Shown: piece after piece, positions 1-11,599 of the stretch
Layout of the letters: each line of letters starts with the position of its first letter
Numbering within the stretch: position 1 is the stretch's first letter
Assembly: GCA_965202585.1 (NCBI GenBank)
Contig: OZ241834.1
Location: 37,200,001-37,264,000, forward strand
Length of the DNA stretch: 64,000 bases
Origin: Thalia democratica
Taxonomy: Eukaryota
Reading direction: 5' to 3'
The notes under the pieces: model-generated
The model's database searches: none
What the model was told of the DNA's origin: nothing
What the model saw: only the letters and a program-made list of their open reading frames with translations
Position numbers and translations under genes: made by a program

Positions 1-284
1 TGCCAAATTATTTATTTCCAAGAATATTAAAGTGTCATTAGATTTTTTTGTTAAGAAAATACCTTATCATACACCAATTTTTGTAATTTTACTGGCTGTA
101 CAAATCTGGTAAGTGAATTTGTTGAAAACCTTATGTTTGGAAAAAATTTAATTGAACTTATATACCTAATATGTTTATACAAGACATTTCCTTAAAGCAC
201 AAACTGGCTATCAAGTGGTTTTATGTTGATTAAAATAAATTAAAATTATTTTAATTTATATACCTAATATTCTTATGTACAAAC

Positions 285-3200
285 CTGGTAGGCGAGGGAT
301 TTGATGTTGATGACATCTTCCTCGGAAATTTCGGTTCCCATGGAGATCTCGGCGGCTTGTTTCAACTAAAAAATAATTAATATATATATTGTTATAACAT
401 ATTTGAAATTATTTGAATTTAATGTAAAGCAAAAAAATGTTTTTTTTGTCTCAATAGACACAAGAGCTCTTTTTTAATCTAAGAGTGTAAACAAAAAATT
501 ATATTTTGAGCTTTTCTTAAAATTAAAAAAACAACTTCTAACATACAGAAAAAGGAAACCTAATATACACTACATAACTTAATATCAACAATAATTAAAA
601 TCAAACAAAATTACCTTCTCCTCAACGTCGGCGGGGAGAATTTCCTCCAAGTTCTCCTTCTTGATGTTCTGCCTCATCGAGCACTTCATTATGACGTTGC
701 AGTAGGCAACGGGGTCGGTGACGATCTTGGTCATCTCGGGGAAATGCCACCCGTACCACTCACGCAGTCTCATGACGTAGTTGTTCAGCTCCTTGTCTAC
801 TTCGTCGAGGAGGGCTGTGAAGAAGACAATATTTATAAAATTCATGTTGATCAACAGTATGTTTAAATTAATTGGTATTTTAAAATTTATGCTGATTAAA
901 CAATATGTTGTCTGAGCCAATCAGTGTAATATTTATAGGAAATGTGATAAAAAATTTAATTATATAAATAAATCAGGAATGTGATTATAAGATGTGTCTG
1001 TATTTTTTTGATCAGCCTTGTTAAATTAATAGAGATCAAATTTTTATAAATATTATTAACAGAAGTAGAAATAGTATTGTTTTTCAGATTACTATTAATA
1101 TAACGATTATACTGCTCGGCTCCTAAATACTTAATTCTGAGATTCTTTTACAGATACACTAAACAAAACATAAATACAAACGGATATATAATACAAACTA
1201 AAAACTAACAGACGGCGTGCACAATCATGGTATCGACCTTGTCGGGAGAGAACTTGATCTTGTAACGAGAAACGTTGTGGGCAAGACCGCACCTCAGTGC
1301 TTTCAAATCTTCCTCAGAAACATCTGATAATATATAAGTTATTAGTAATACAAGTTTTAATTGTTATAATACATTCCTCTGAGTACTTTAAAATTTTCAG
1401 AAACATGCGAGAATAATTTATATAATTGTTCAGTATCAATTAGCACCTCAATGCTTTGAAATCATCATTGGTAACACATAAATATTTATTTATCTGTTTA
1501 TTTTATAAATCGAGTCTTAAGTGTTATAATGATGCATTTGACTGCTTTAGGAAACTTTTAGAAATTTCATAATATAACCCTTAAGTTTATTAGGATCTAT
1601 GTATCAAATAAATTGTTATTTGGTTATAAATATATTATTATAACTTCCTGAAGCTGTGTTTAAGGTTATAATATAAAACTTGGTTGTATTAAAATACCAA
1701 GTCTCTTAATGACATTTCAAAACATAAAATGTGAATTAAAATTTTTAGCTTAAGTGTGACATGTGTTGAAACTATGACTAAAAAGATATAATTATATTCA
1801 TATCCATAATACTATGTTCTTAAAAACATATAGAAGCATTTAAAAAAATTACAAGGTTAAAAAGGTTTTTTTTATCAAGCAGCAACAAAAAAATAAAATA
1901 AATATTATGAAGCAATGTAACTCTCACCAGCATTTAGTAATGTATATGATTATTAAATATATTAATTTAATAATACCCTGTTACCGTGTTAGTGCTGGTT
2001 TAGTTGTACGAATAGCCAGAAGTACATTAAAACCTTGCTTAATTTATGTGACAACCTTACTGCATTAGCTATTAATTAAAGCTAACACAGTCTCGCGTTA
2101 TCTCAAAAAGACTTTTCAAATATAATTGTAGCTGTAGCATAATACTAGTTTACTTTTATCATGGTACCAAAATCAAAATTAATTAAAATTTAGCTTTATC
2201 AAAATTGAAAGTTTAAGATTTATCTGGGGACGTTTGATTTAAAAACCAAACTGCTGCGAATTTCCTAAATAAAATCATGTTGTAAAGTAAAGCGCTTTGT
2301 TAACTTTACATGAATAAAACTTTTCTGATTTAGTTTGTACTGACAATTTATGAAAAACTTTCAAGAAATTAATTATTTAGTTTACTATCTTCTTATGAAT
2401 CTGGTTTAGTAAAAAATAAATTTCAAGTTGTACATTAAATATCATATAATTAGCTTTTTGTTTATAATTCAAATTAAAATAAACAAACTACCTCCGAGCA
2501 ATTTAGCAGCATTAGAGTTGATTCCTCTCAAAAGCTCCAAAGCGAAATCTCCAGACTTGAATTTTATTTGGCTAAGTTTTTCTTCACCTAGTGCTTCCTG
2601 TTATAACATATATGAAAAATTTATGTTTATCAGGCAATAATATAGTATGTTTTGCCATGCTGAACTATCAAATTAAATTATTTTGTTGTAACATGGAAAA
2701 AATGTTCGAACATATGGTGAATCTGAAAAACTATTATCAAGCTAATGCAATAATCTAGTGGTACTATTGACATTACCGTATGATAAATATTTTCCAAAAT
2801 TAATTATTGTTATCAAAACAAACTTAAATTAAACAGTTTAAATTAACAATTAAATAAAATCTTACTTTGATAAGGTTACCAATGTTTGTGTTGGATACTA
2901 CAAGGGTTTGTTTTTTCATGTTGTCCTGAATTGCCTCATTTATTGTTGAAACGAGAATGTCGTTTGATTTGTTGTTGGCAGTCTCAGCAGATGCTACAAA
3001 GAATGACATTAACTTAAAAAGATAAATACTACTGATAAGATGGATATTTAACTGATTTGGATGCTACATGGTACTATAGATAAAATTACATATGATTTAG
3101 GAGGTTAAAAAAAATCATAATTACTAAATAAGACCTAAAATTTTGAAATATTTTGATTTAAGTTACCTCTGACTGCGGATTCCAAATTTTCGAAACGCTT

Positions 3201-3852
3201 GTGAACCAACAACTCAAATCTGTGTCAAAAATCACAAGTTAAAAAAATATAATACTCAGAATCTGTTTTCATAAAGAGGTTTAAATTGGAATTAATTATG
3301 ATACTCCAAATTTGTTGTTTTTTCAGTTAATATATAAAAAACTAGAGTTTTAATTTTTTAAAAATTTAAAAATATTTTAGTTGTTACTGGCTAACATTTA
3401 ATTTAATCTTTTTTTGTTATCTTAATCTTTTTTAATTAATATAAAATTAAACATACGGAGATGCAGTGTCATTGGATGGGTTGTTGAAATATTCTTCTAC
3501 ATTTTCCACTGTTTTGAACTTGAAACCATCTTTTACCTGAAATAAATAAACATACAGTTGGTAGCCTTGCTTAACTAGAAATGAAATTGTATCTAAAAAC
3601 AATTCAAGTTTTAATATTTTTGGTACAACTTAACATTCAATTTAAAAAAATTAACAACTTAGTTCTTGATAGGACTTAAACTTTACCTCAAATAAATCAT
3701 TTTTCTGTAATTAACCAATTTTAGTTAAAATTTAACAGTTGGCTCCATGATTTTATGATAATAAACACAAAAAAAAATTTTTAATATTTATTTAAATATA
3801 TTTTTACCTTAAATACTGCGTAACCAGCTGCACTTTCTGACAATATTAACAT
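285..3852 (-). CDS. NOP58: Nucleolar protein 58 (box C/D snoRNP core), 5' part. Coding exons 3852-3808, 3536-3457, 3219-3167, 2993-2866, 2597-2492, 1323-1210, 814-615, 365-285. The gene continues beyond the left edge of the window.
   Basis: All eight exons have AG/GT boundaries with compatible phases (0,2,1,0,1,1,0,0). Spliced translation: MLILSESAAGYAVFK...ELLRGINSN...[54 protein letters not shown]...AAEISMGTEISEED. The [16 protein letters not shown] and ISMGTE-x-SEED motifs match NOP58 better than NOP56. Confidence 0.93.
1976..2104 (-). ncRNA. Candidate intronic box H/ACA snoRNA in NOP58 intron 5
   Basis: On the sense strand: lower stem GAUAAC/GUUGUC, an internal loop, a 12-bp upper stem ACUGUGUUAGCU/AGCUAAUGCAGU, then an H box (ACAUAA, 2049-2044), a weaker second hairpin and ACA trinucleotides at 1989-1987 and 1981-1979. 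Locally GC-richer than the surrounding intron. No target identified. Confidence 0.35.
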
Positions 3853-3877
3853 CTTCTTTCTTCTTCCTTTACTTAAA

Positions 3878-3897
3878 CTAAAACCTTAAAATTTATT
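3878..3897 (-). promoter_or_regulatory. AATAAA poly(A) signal (3897-3892) followed 12 nt later by a TTTTAG splice-acceptor-like site (AG at 3879-3878), 25 nt upstream of the NOP58 ATG
   Basis: The minus strand reads gtaAATAAAttttaaggttttAGtttaagtaaaggaagaagaaagaagATG. It is the only canonical AATAAA I found between the RPS27 stop and the NOP58 start. Confidence 0.5.
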
Positions 3898-4257
3898 TAC
3901 CAGTTGTAAAAGCACACCAAAAACTTTGCTAAATTCATACTAAGATGGTTAACACACGATAAATAACACAACTAATTATACACTATTTACACAAAAAATT
4001 AATCTAAACATTAAAATGTTACTATTAAATGTTCATTAAGTTGTATAGATCACCCAAGAAGGCATCAAGTGATATTATCCAAGTAAATCAGTTTTTCCAA
4101 GATTATTCCAGTGGAAAGTAGGATAGTTAGGTGTTAATTCATTGTGTGAAACTCGAGTTTTAAAGTCAGCCTGACCAATTGTCTATCAAGTTGAAATGAA
4201 GCTAATACTTTTTTGGTGTGGGGCCAAGCTGACTTTTTCAAATAGAACTAAACAGTT

Positions 4258-4506
4258 CTACTTCTTCCTAAAAGAGCATCCTTCAGTCAACCTCGCCTTT
4301 CCTCCGGTGGGCTGGCAGAGAACGGCAGAGCACCCAGAGCACACAACAACGGTCTGAGCGTGGCTGAAGACGGTGGTGATCTTGTAGCATCCGGGGCACT
4401 TGACATCCATGAAGTAGGAGTTTGGCGACTGAACCAGCCTCTTCTTCTTGTGTTTGCGCTGCTCCTCCTCGAAGGACGGGTTCAAGAGGTCGATCTTCAA
4501 TGGCAT
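4258..4506 (-). CDS. RPS27: 40S ribosomal protein S27 (eS27), 82 aa, single coding exon
   Basis: Intact [85 protein letters not shown] with the C4 zinc-finger cysteines. A pyrimidine-rich leader (CTTCACTCTACTCT) lies ~4549-4536. Confidence 0.97.
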   Translation of the reverse strand: MPLKIDLLNPSFEEEQRKHKKKRLVQSPNSYFMDVKCPGCYKITTVFSHAQTVVVCSGCSAVLCQPTGGKARLTEGCSFRKK

Positions 4507-7069
4507 GGTTGGGTTTTGTTGATGAGAGTAAATGCAGAGTAGAGTGAAGTACTTAAAAATTTACTTAAATCTGTTGGAAAAAAATGTATCAAGTATAATA
4601 AAATTTTAGGTTTCAAGAAATTTAATTATAAAATTAAATCCTTTTTTTTTTATTTGTTTAACACTTGACTAGTTTTTTTAAAATACTTTTCAAATGGTAA
4701 ATAATCTTTATGATTATATTATTGAAGTGTTGCACCTCTTCAAACAAAAAGCTAGTTTACAGAGCAACATCAAGCCAGCATGAGTTTATACAAGTAAATT
4801 TACATTAAAAAATATGAGCCTAGATTTGAAAAGTACCATTAATCAAGCTCAAATACCAAAGTAAAATATTAACTAAAGAAGTTAAAAAGAAGTATATTTT
4901 TTAGGAGAAAAGAAGACCTTAAGTTATGAAAACTAGTTTGAGAGTTTAAAAATAACAAACTGACTAAAAGTCAGCAAGAGTTTTTCATAATTTTTAAACT
5001 AGCTTGAGTTATCCTGAGTACGTGGGAAATTTTAAATTTAAAAAACATGACATTTCATAAAAATTTAAGATTTTAAGTTCTATGTTATAAATTTTTTTGC
5101 TTCAGTATGAATAACTTCATATAACTATCAAACTTAATACTTTTTAAATTATATGCAGTAAAAGTTTTCACCATAGATTAAAGTTAGAATTTTATGGTTG
5201 AAAATTAACTTTGCATAATAACTATTAAAATATTATTTTCACATCATATCCAGACAGCTTCTACAGCTATGATAGCTAAAACACATATGTACAACATAGC
5301 TGTTACTGTATATATTACAGTTTAAGTTCAAATTTTTCAAGCAGTAAATTAGTCAAAAACAGAATACCAAAAATTACAGGCTTATTTAAGTTTGGCAGTC
5401 TTGAAAGTTGAAAATCTTTATAAAACCTTGGTACTTCAGTTTAGTCTTATCTAAAAAATTTTAGAATTGTATGTTTACCAAATTTCCATGACTATTGATT
5501 TAACTTTTTTTTACAAATATTAAGACTTAGTAGTTGACATTTAATGTAAAAACATGTTACAGAATGAAAAGCAAAATAAAGTAGTTTATGGTCAAATGAA
5601 AGTTTAACTAACAATAACTAAAACTGTTTTAAAAAATTTATATCAACCTTTTGCTTAGGTTATGTTTAAATACATATGAAAATAGCTAGTAACTGCCACC
5701 TTGAAATTTTGATACTTATATTTTATTAAATTAAAGACATATTTAATTATCAAAAACTCAATATAGCTAACCTGAATACTTACTATGATAAGAATAAAAG
5801 ACTTTTATGTACTATAACTTTTCAAGGATGCAATACAAAAAGTAGTGTGAGCATGAGTTTTTTAATTCATACAAAAAGGCTAAATATTTAATTAAGAGCC
5901 ATTTTGGTAAAAGTTATACCAGGGACAGAAAAAAATTATACAAAACAGCTGTATATTTAAGAAAAAAATATTATGTTAATTTTAAAATCTTTGTAATTAA
6001 AATTTTTAAAGAAACTTTTTTTGTTCAATTTAAATGCATTAATACATCCATGTAAAAAAGATATTTTCAAATCTTTAGTTTACTTTTTACTAAAAAATAA
6101 AAAAATAAAAAGTATTATATATTTTAAATGTCTTATGAAAACTCTTGTCTTAACTATATTTAAAAATAAAAGACATAAGATGTTTTCACATGCCAGTTAT
6201 TTCTATAAGCATAAAAACTAAAAGATAGTTCTTAAATAACTAACAAATAGTGATCACTCTTTGAGACAAAAAATCATCCTTAGTCAGCTTACAAAGAAAA
6301 TTTGCAAAATAATATTTATTTAACCCAAAAACTAAATTATTGTTCATCAAACTTCAACTCCTAGAAATACAAAGATAATAACAAAATGACATAGCTAAAA
6401 AATGAAATTTATTTTTAGAAAAAAAAATTATAGTCAAAAATACTAGCCTTAGACATATTATAAATTTACATACCAGCCTGAGTTTTGGAACAATAACTTT
6501 ATATAAGCCTGTGTCTATCTCAGTTTTATAAAAATGATCAAAATGACCTGAGCTACTTATAGTTGTTGAGTGGCAACCCTGATAAGATATATGTATTGTA
6601 AGAAACATTCCAGTACAAAGTATCACATAAATTTGACTGAAATGCTTTAATGCACTAGTAAAACTTAATGTTTTACAGAAACTAATGCAGGGTTGTCATA
6701 ATTCCAGAAATAAAAAGTTCCTAAAATGAATAATTTTTTTCCTTTTAAATTTAAATAAATTTAATAAACTCTCTTCATTTAAACTTAAAATATTATGCTG
6801 AAGTAACAGTGTGGCAATTTTCTTATTTATTTATTATTTAATATTCAAGCAAAATTTGTTTGAAATTTGGCTAGAACTAATTTGACTAACTTATTATTCG
6901 GAATTCATTTTGAAAAAGGTATATTTATTTTTTGTTCCATTATTTCAAGTGGTGTTTACAATAACTTTTTTAACAACACCAATTATAAACAAAAATTGGT
7001 CTTTCTAAAATATTTTATTCACTTTTATGTAGAGTTGGTAAAGGATTTTTATCAATTTCTTACAGGTTC

Positions 7070-8467
7070 ATTCCATTTCTTAAAATAAAAGTTTTTTGGT
7101 AATTTTTAGTATAAAAACAACTAAGTTTAAAAATCTGTCTTTGACAGTTGAAGACATTGATAAGATACTGTAAAGCTTACTTATTTAAATGTGGTTTTAA
7201 TGAAAAAAAATTAATGATTTATTTAAGTATTTGAATAATGAAAATTTATCTAATACAATTTTGTTACTAACATGTTAAAATAGTTGGAAATAACAGGTTT
7301 TTCAACAATTTTTGTTGGAAATTCTAGGTTTTTCCAGATTTTTTGAAATTTTTCAAACTGCAGGTTTTTTCAGATTTTTCTTTTGCATAAATTGTGAAAT
7401 TCCAGGATTCCAGGTTTTATTACAACCCTTAAGATACTAATTAAAAGTATAACTTGACCAAAACACTTATTTCAAATTCAATTTAAAAATAGATATACAA
7501 ATCAAAATTTAATTCTCAAAAACTTTTATCTTTAAACTTTGGAATAAAACTCAAAAATAAGTAAAAACTTCTTTGAGTTATTTGTAAAATTATAAACAGG
7601 GTGGCCACTGATTTTTGAGAATTTTCTTCAAGGCTTTTTGAATTTCTTCCAGGTTTTTGCAAGTACAAATTTATGGTCTATTTTTAGTTTAAAATTAAGT
7701 TTTAAGTAAAATAATGTATTTAATGGGATAAAAAAATTGTTAAGATACTGTAATAAAGTTCTGGAATTTTCAAAGATTTGTATGAAAATTTGTGAATTTT
7801 TATTAAGAACTAGGTCATTTATTCTAATTTTGTACTCAGAATATTCAAGGACACCTTTGGGTTTAAATACATTAGGCCACTTATTTTTAAATAAAAAGTA
7901 AAAAATATTGTTATCAGTGGATTTTTATTTATTATATCTAAAGTTTTTCAGTAATTACCATGAACAGCTAGTTTAAAAGATTTAAAAACATATAAATCTT
8001 ATTCTAAACGGTACTTTTAACAAACTGTTATGAGTGACCTTAAACTGTCTAAAGTCATCCTGATTTTTTTGTCAAGTTTGCTCAGGGTTGCCACTGGTTT
8101 TTGACAAATTTTCTCCAAGACATTTTTGGGTCTATTTTTAAATCAAATTTAAGGTAAAAAACTGTCTTAAATAGTTAAACAGCATTAAAACGATACTGTA
8201 AAGCTACTTTAAATTAAAAAAACCTTTTAATGTTGACAAAAAAGCTATATGATAGATTCTTTTTGACAAATTGAAATTTACTATTAACTTAACATGTAAA
8301 AATCAATTAAAATACTAGGTGTTTTCAAGTTTATTAGTTATTTTTGTTCAAAATTCCTGATTTTTCCAGGATTTTTTTTTCAAAGTTTCTCAAATTCAAG
8401 GTTTTACTAGATTTTTCTTCTGTGTAACTTGTGAAATTCCAAGATTCTAGGTTTTGTGGCAACCCTG
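7070..8467. mobile_element. Cluster of non-autonomous DNA elements with CAGGGTTGCCA termini: a complete ~385-bp copy at 8083-8467, a 5'-eroded copy at ~7070-7428, a 5'-half copy from 7597, and isolated ends near 6568, 6687 and 8706
   Basis: The copy at 8083-8467 has inverted termini CAGGGTTGCCAC...GTGGCAACCCTG. Copies share internal motifs (GATACTGTAAAGCT, TGTGAAATTCCA-GATTC-AGGTTTT). No clean TSD seen, so the superfamily (possibly hAT-like) is uncertain. Confidence 0.7.
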
Positions 8468-10759
8468 CTTGTTTTAACTTTCTAAATTTAATATAAAAAA
8501 AATTATTTATCAATTTAAGTTACAAAATAACAAAATATTGAGATTAAAGTCATCTAAATTTCATTTAATATCTGAAAAAATGTTTACTAAAAATTTAAGA
8601 CTATTCAAGTTTTTCATGAAATCAAAACTATTCTGATAAAATTAGTTATTATTTATAACAATGTTTATAAAAAATAAAATTCAAAATATCCTGGATGTTC
8701 TGAATGGGTGGCAACCCTAGTTGAATAAATAAAATAAAATATTTGATTAAATTTTATTAGCCAATAAAATATTTAAAATTACGCAAAATTTTAGTTACTA
8801 ATTTTAATATAACCTTTATCTAAAAACTAATTACTACTGTAAAAAAAATTCATAAATATAAATAAATCTACTGGTATTTAAATGTTTAGTATATTTTTTA
8901 CAAATTAAAATAATTAGTTATTTATCAGTCTTATTTATTAATAAATTTTAAAAATAAATTTATTAATTTATTTTAAGATAGTATAAAAGATTTAGAACTC
9001 AAATAGACAAGTTGAAAATATTTGAGTCTTAAGGTTTATATTCAAGTAAACAAAGTCTTGGCAATTGTTTACTTAACAAAAAAATATGTTAAGACTGGAT
9101 AAATAAATACTCAGTAAAAATTAATTAAGTTGTCTTAAAATGGTTAATTTATTGTTTTAGATTTTAGACAATACCAGAGCCAAAATTTGCTAATAATACA
9201 AAAATTAAACATTTGGTAAACAAGTTTTTTTACCTTTGATTAATTACATTAAAATAACTGATTTACCTCATTTACCCACAAAATAACTAATAACCTTTTT
9301 TAGTTTACAAAACTTTTTATATTTCAAATAGTTTAATATTTTGATATATATCCAAATTTTCAAGTGGGTAGGGGGGACATTTAATAAACTATTTCAAGTA
9401 AAAAATAACTATGAAAAATTCTATGTAAAACTTTATACAAAATTAAATCAGATTCTCACTTTTAAAATTATCAAGAGTCTTCACCAAAATTGTAACTTTG
9501 ACATATATTAAACATAAGATTGCTTTTGTCACACTCAAATTGCAAATTATTTTAAAATTATATTGTTTAATCATTGTAATTCTTTAATTTTATAAATGAA
9601 ACTAGATATATAAAACAGAAAAGTTGAAATGACATTTGAGTAAAGTTAAAAAGTACAAGCTTAAGGAATTTTAAAAATTATAAGGTAAATAAAAATATTA
9701 CCAACCAGTAAATAGAACTTTTAGGGCTGCTTAAGAAATACAGATAAATTTGGTAACATACTGATTAATAAATTGAAATCTGCCTTATTAATACAACCAT
9801 ACACTTATAAAAATTATCTCAAAAATTCAAAAGGTATTAACATTTAATTTCTATTACAATAACAAAATTTGTACAACTACAAAAGCTTTAGTAAAATCAA
9901 TAATGTACTTTGAAACAATATTTTTTGATCAACTTTAAAAGGTTTAACTAATAATAACATGTCCTTTAGAACTATTTCAGCTTCAATATAAAAGATATTT
10001 CATAATTTTTTAATGTGAATTACCACAAATTTTATCAAGAAAATAAGTGCCTATAAGATATATGCTTGAATAATAATTATTAAACAAACTAACTTATGCA
10101 GTCAACAGAGGCTAATGCTTGGAATTTTAAAAAGTTAAGTATTTCTTGGTTTAATGTAAGATTTTCCAAAAATGCTTGTTGGGCTGATTTTACCATTCTG
10201 AAAATTGTTCAACATTCACTACTATATGACCATTTTGGTTAATTACATATTTAAAACTAAGCAAGGACTATTTTGATCAAAATTCATTTGAAGAAATAGC
10301 AGGGACTAAAAAAACTAGGAATTGCTAATTAATTACTTTTAAAGAATTTTTAGATAAAAAATATAAGTTTAAAATTACTTTTTAAGATTTCTGTTTGCAG
10401 TATACATAAAAAATTTAAAATCAGTAGTTTTTTTATTGATTATACAGTTTGCTCTATGTACGTGTTCATATTTGATAACTTTAAGCTTTTAAAGTTTAGA
10501 CTTAAGTCTAGTTTCAGATCAGTTGTTCAAAATTTATATACAAAATTGGCTGGTTTTAAGAATAGAAAATAATTAGACATTAAAAAATTTTATTTAACGT
10601 TTTAAGTGATGAAACCAGCTAATTTGAAAACATTATTTTATCAAAATATTATTAACTAAACTAGTATAATTATAACTTTTTTTACTGTTTTAGTTCACTT
10701 TCAAAAAACAAAGGTCGATAAAAAAATTAAACATAAATTGAATAATTTATTAATAAATT

Positions 10760-11260
10760 ATATCGGCAAAATGTTTTTTAGAAAGTTTTCATTAAAATGT
10801 TTAGCTTTTATTTTGGTAAAGTTTCAAAACAACGAATAGTTTGTAATTAAATACCATTTGGAACTAAAGTTAAAATAGTTTTATTCATTGTAAATTCGAA
10901 GCTTTTCATCTTACTTCCATAAAAACTTTTTCAAGAATGAAAGATGAATTAGTAATTAGTTTTGCAATGAGTTTTTAACTTGTAATATTATGACAATATT
11001 TCATCAAATCTTACAAGATATTACAAGTTACAAACTTATTGCAAAATTAGTTACTAATTCATCTTTCATTCTTGATAAAGTTTTATAGAAGTAAGACGAA
11101 AAGCTTCGAATTAACAATGAACAAGACTATTTTACTTTTAAACTGCAAATGGTATTTACTTACGACAAAAAACCTTACAATAATAATAAATACCAATTAT
11201 TTTCTTTTTAAGCTACGTTTATATATTTTTGATAAAATCCGATTAAGATGTGATTTATAA
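10760..11260. mobile_element. Foldback/MITE-like long imperfect inverted repeat with ~230-bp arms
   Basis: Left arm ...TTCGAAGCTTTTCATCTTACTTCCATAAAAACTTTTTCAAGAATGAAAGATGAATTAGTAA... is mirrored by ...TTACTAATTCATCTTTCATTCTTGATAAAGTTTTATAGAAGTAAGACGAAAAGCTTCGAA... The centre is near 11000. Confidence 0.75.
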
Positions 11261-11316
11261 AAAAACATTAGTCAAATGAAAAAAAAGCTCAAAATATTTG
11301 GTCCTAGTATTGTTAC

Positions 11317-11484
11317 CCGGACTAGGAGCCTCACTGATTTCCTTCGAAATTGCCTCTGTCTCAGGCTCGACAATCTCATCAGATTCCAGGTTAGCAGTAG
11401 TCTCGGAACAACTCATTTCGGTGCACGAAGGTGTGCGTGGCACTTTCAAGACTAATGCCTTTTTTAGGGGTTTTAAGGACATAA
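11317..11484 (-). CDS. Orphan candidate coding exon (168 nt, phase 1 to 1), Ser/Glu/Pro-rich: MSLKPLKKALVLKVPRTPSCTEMSCSETTANLESDEIVEPETEAISKEISEAPSP
   Basis: Exon-like GC content, a tatatag acceptor, a G|gtaaca donor and an open frame. No homology recognised and no partner exons confidently identified. Confidence 0.4.
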
Positions 11485-11599
11485 CTATATAATTTATATA
11501 ACTAAATATAATAAAACTAAGTAATATTGTTTTATTATGTACAAATAAACGCAATGACAGCTCACAATAAGTCTAAACACTTAAAGTTAACAATTAGAA

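Noticed and set aside
1397-1475. Apparent box C (ATGATGA) and box D (CTGA) motifs suggesting a C/D snoRNA in NOP58 intron 5
   Set aside because: The sequence is better explained as a degenerate duplicate of the adjacent exon 6 start. There is no terminal stem or recognised rRNA antisense element.
4234-4249. GTTCTATTTGAAAAAG just after the RPS27 stop resembles the 16-nt Ciona spliced leader as I recall it (14/16)
   Set aside because: About one such match is expected by chance in an AT-rich 64-kb window, and there is no convincing donor plus Sm site for an SL RNA gene.
4360-4542. Plus-strand ORFs antisense to real exons (4360-4542, 2428-2640, 11298-11492, 17249-17437)
   Set aside because: Explained by codon bias of the opposite-strand coding exons.
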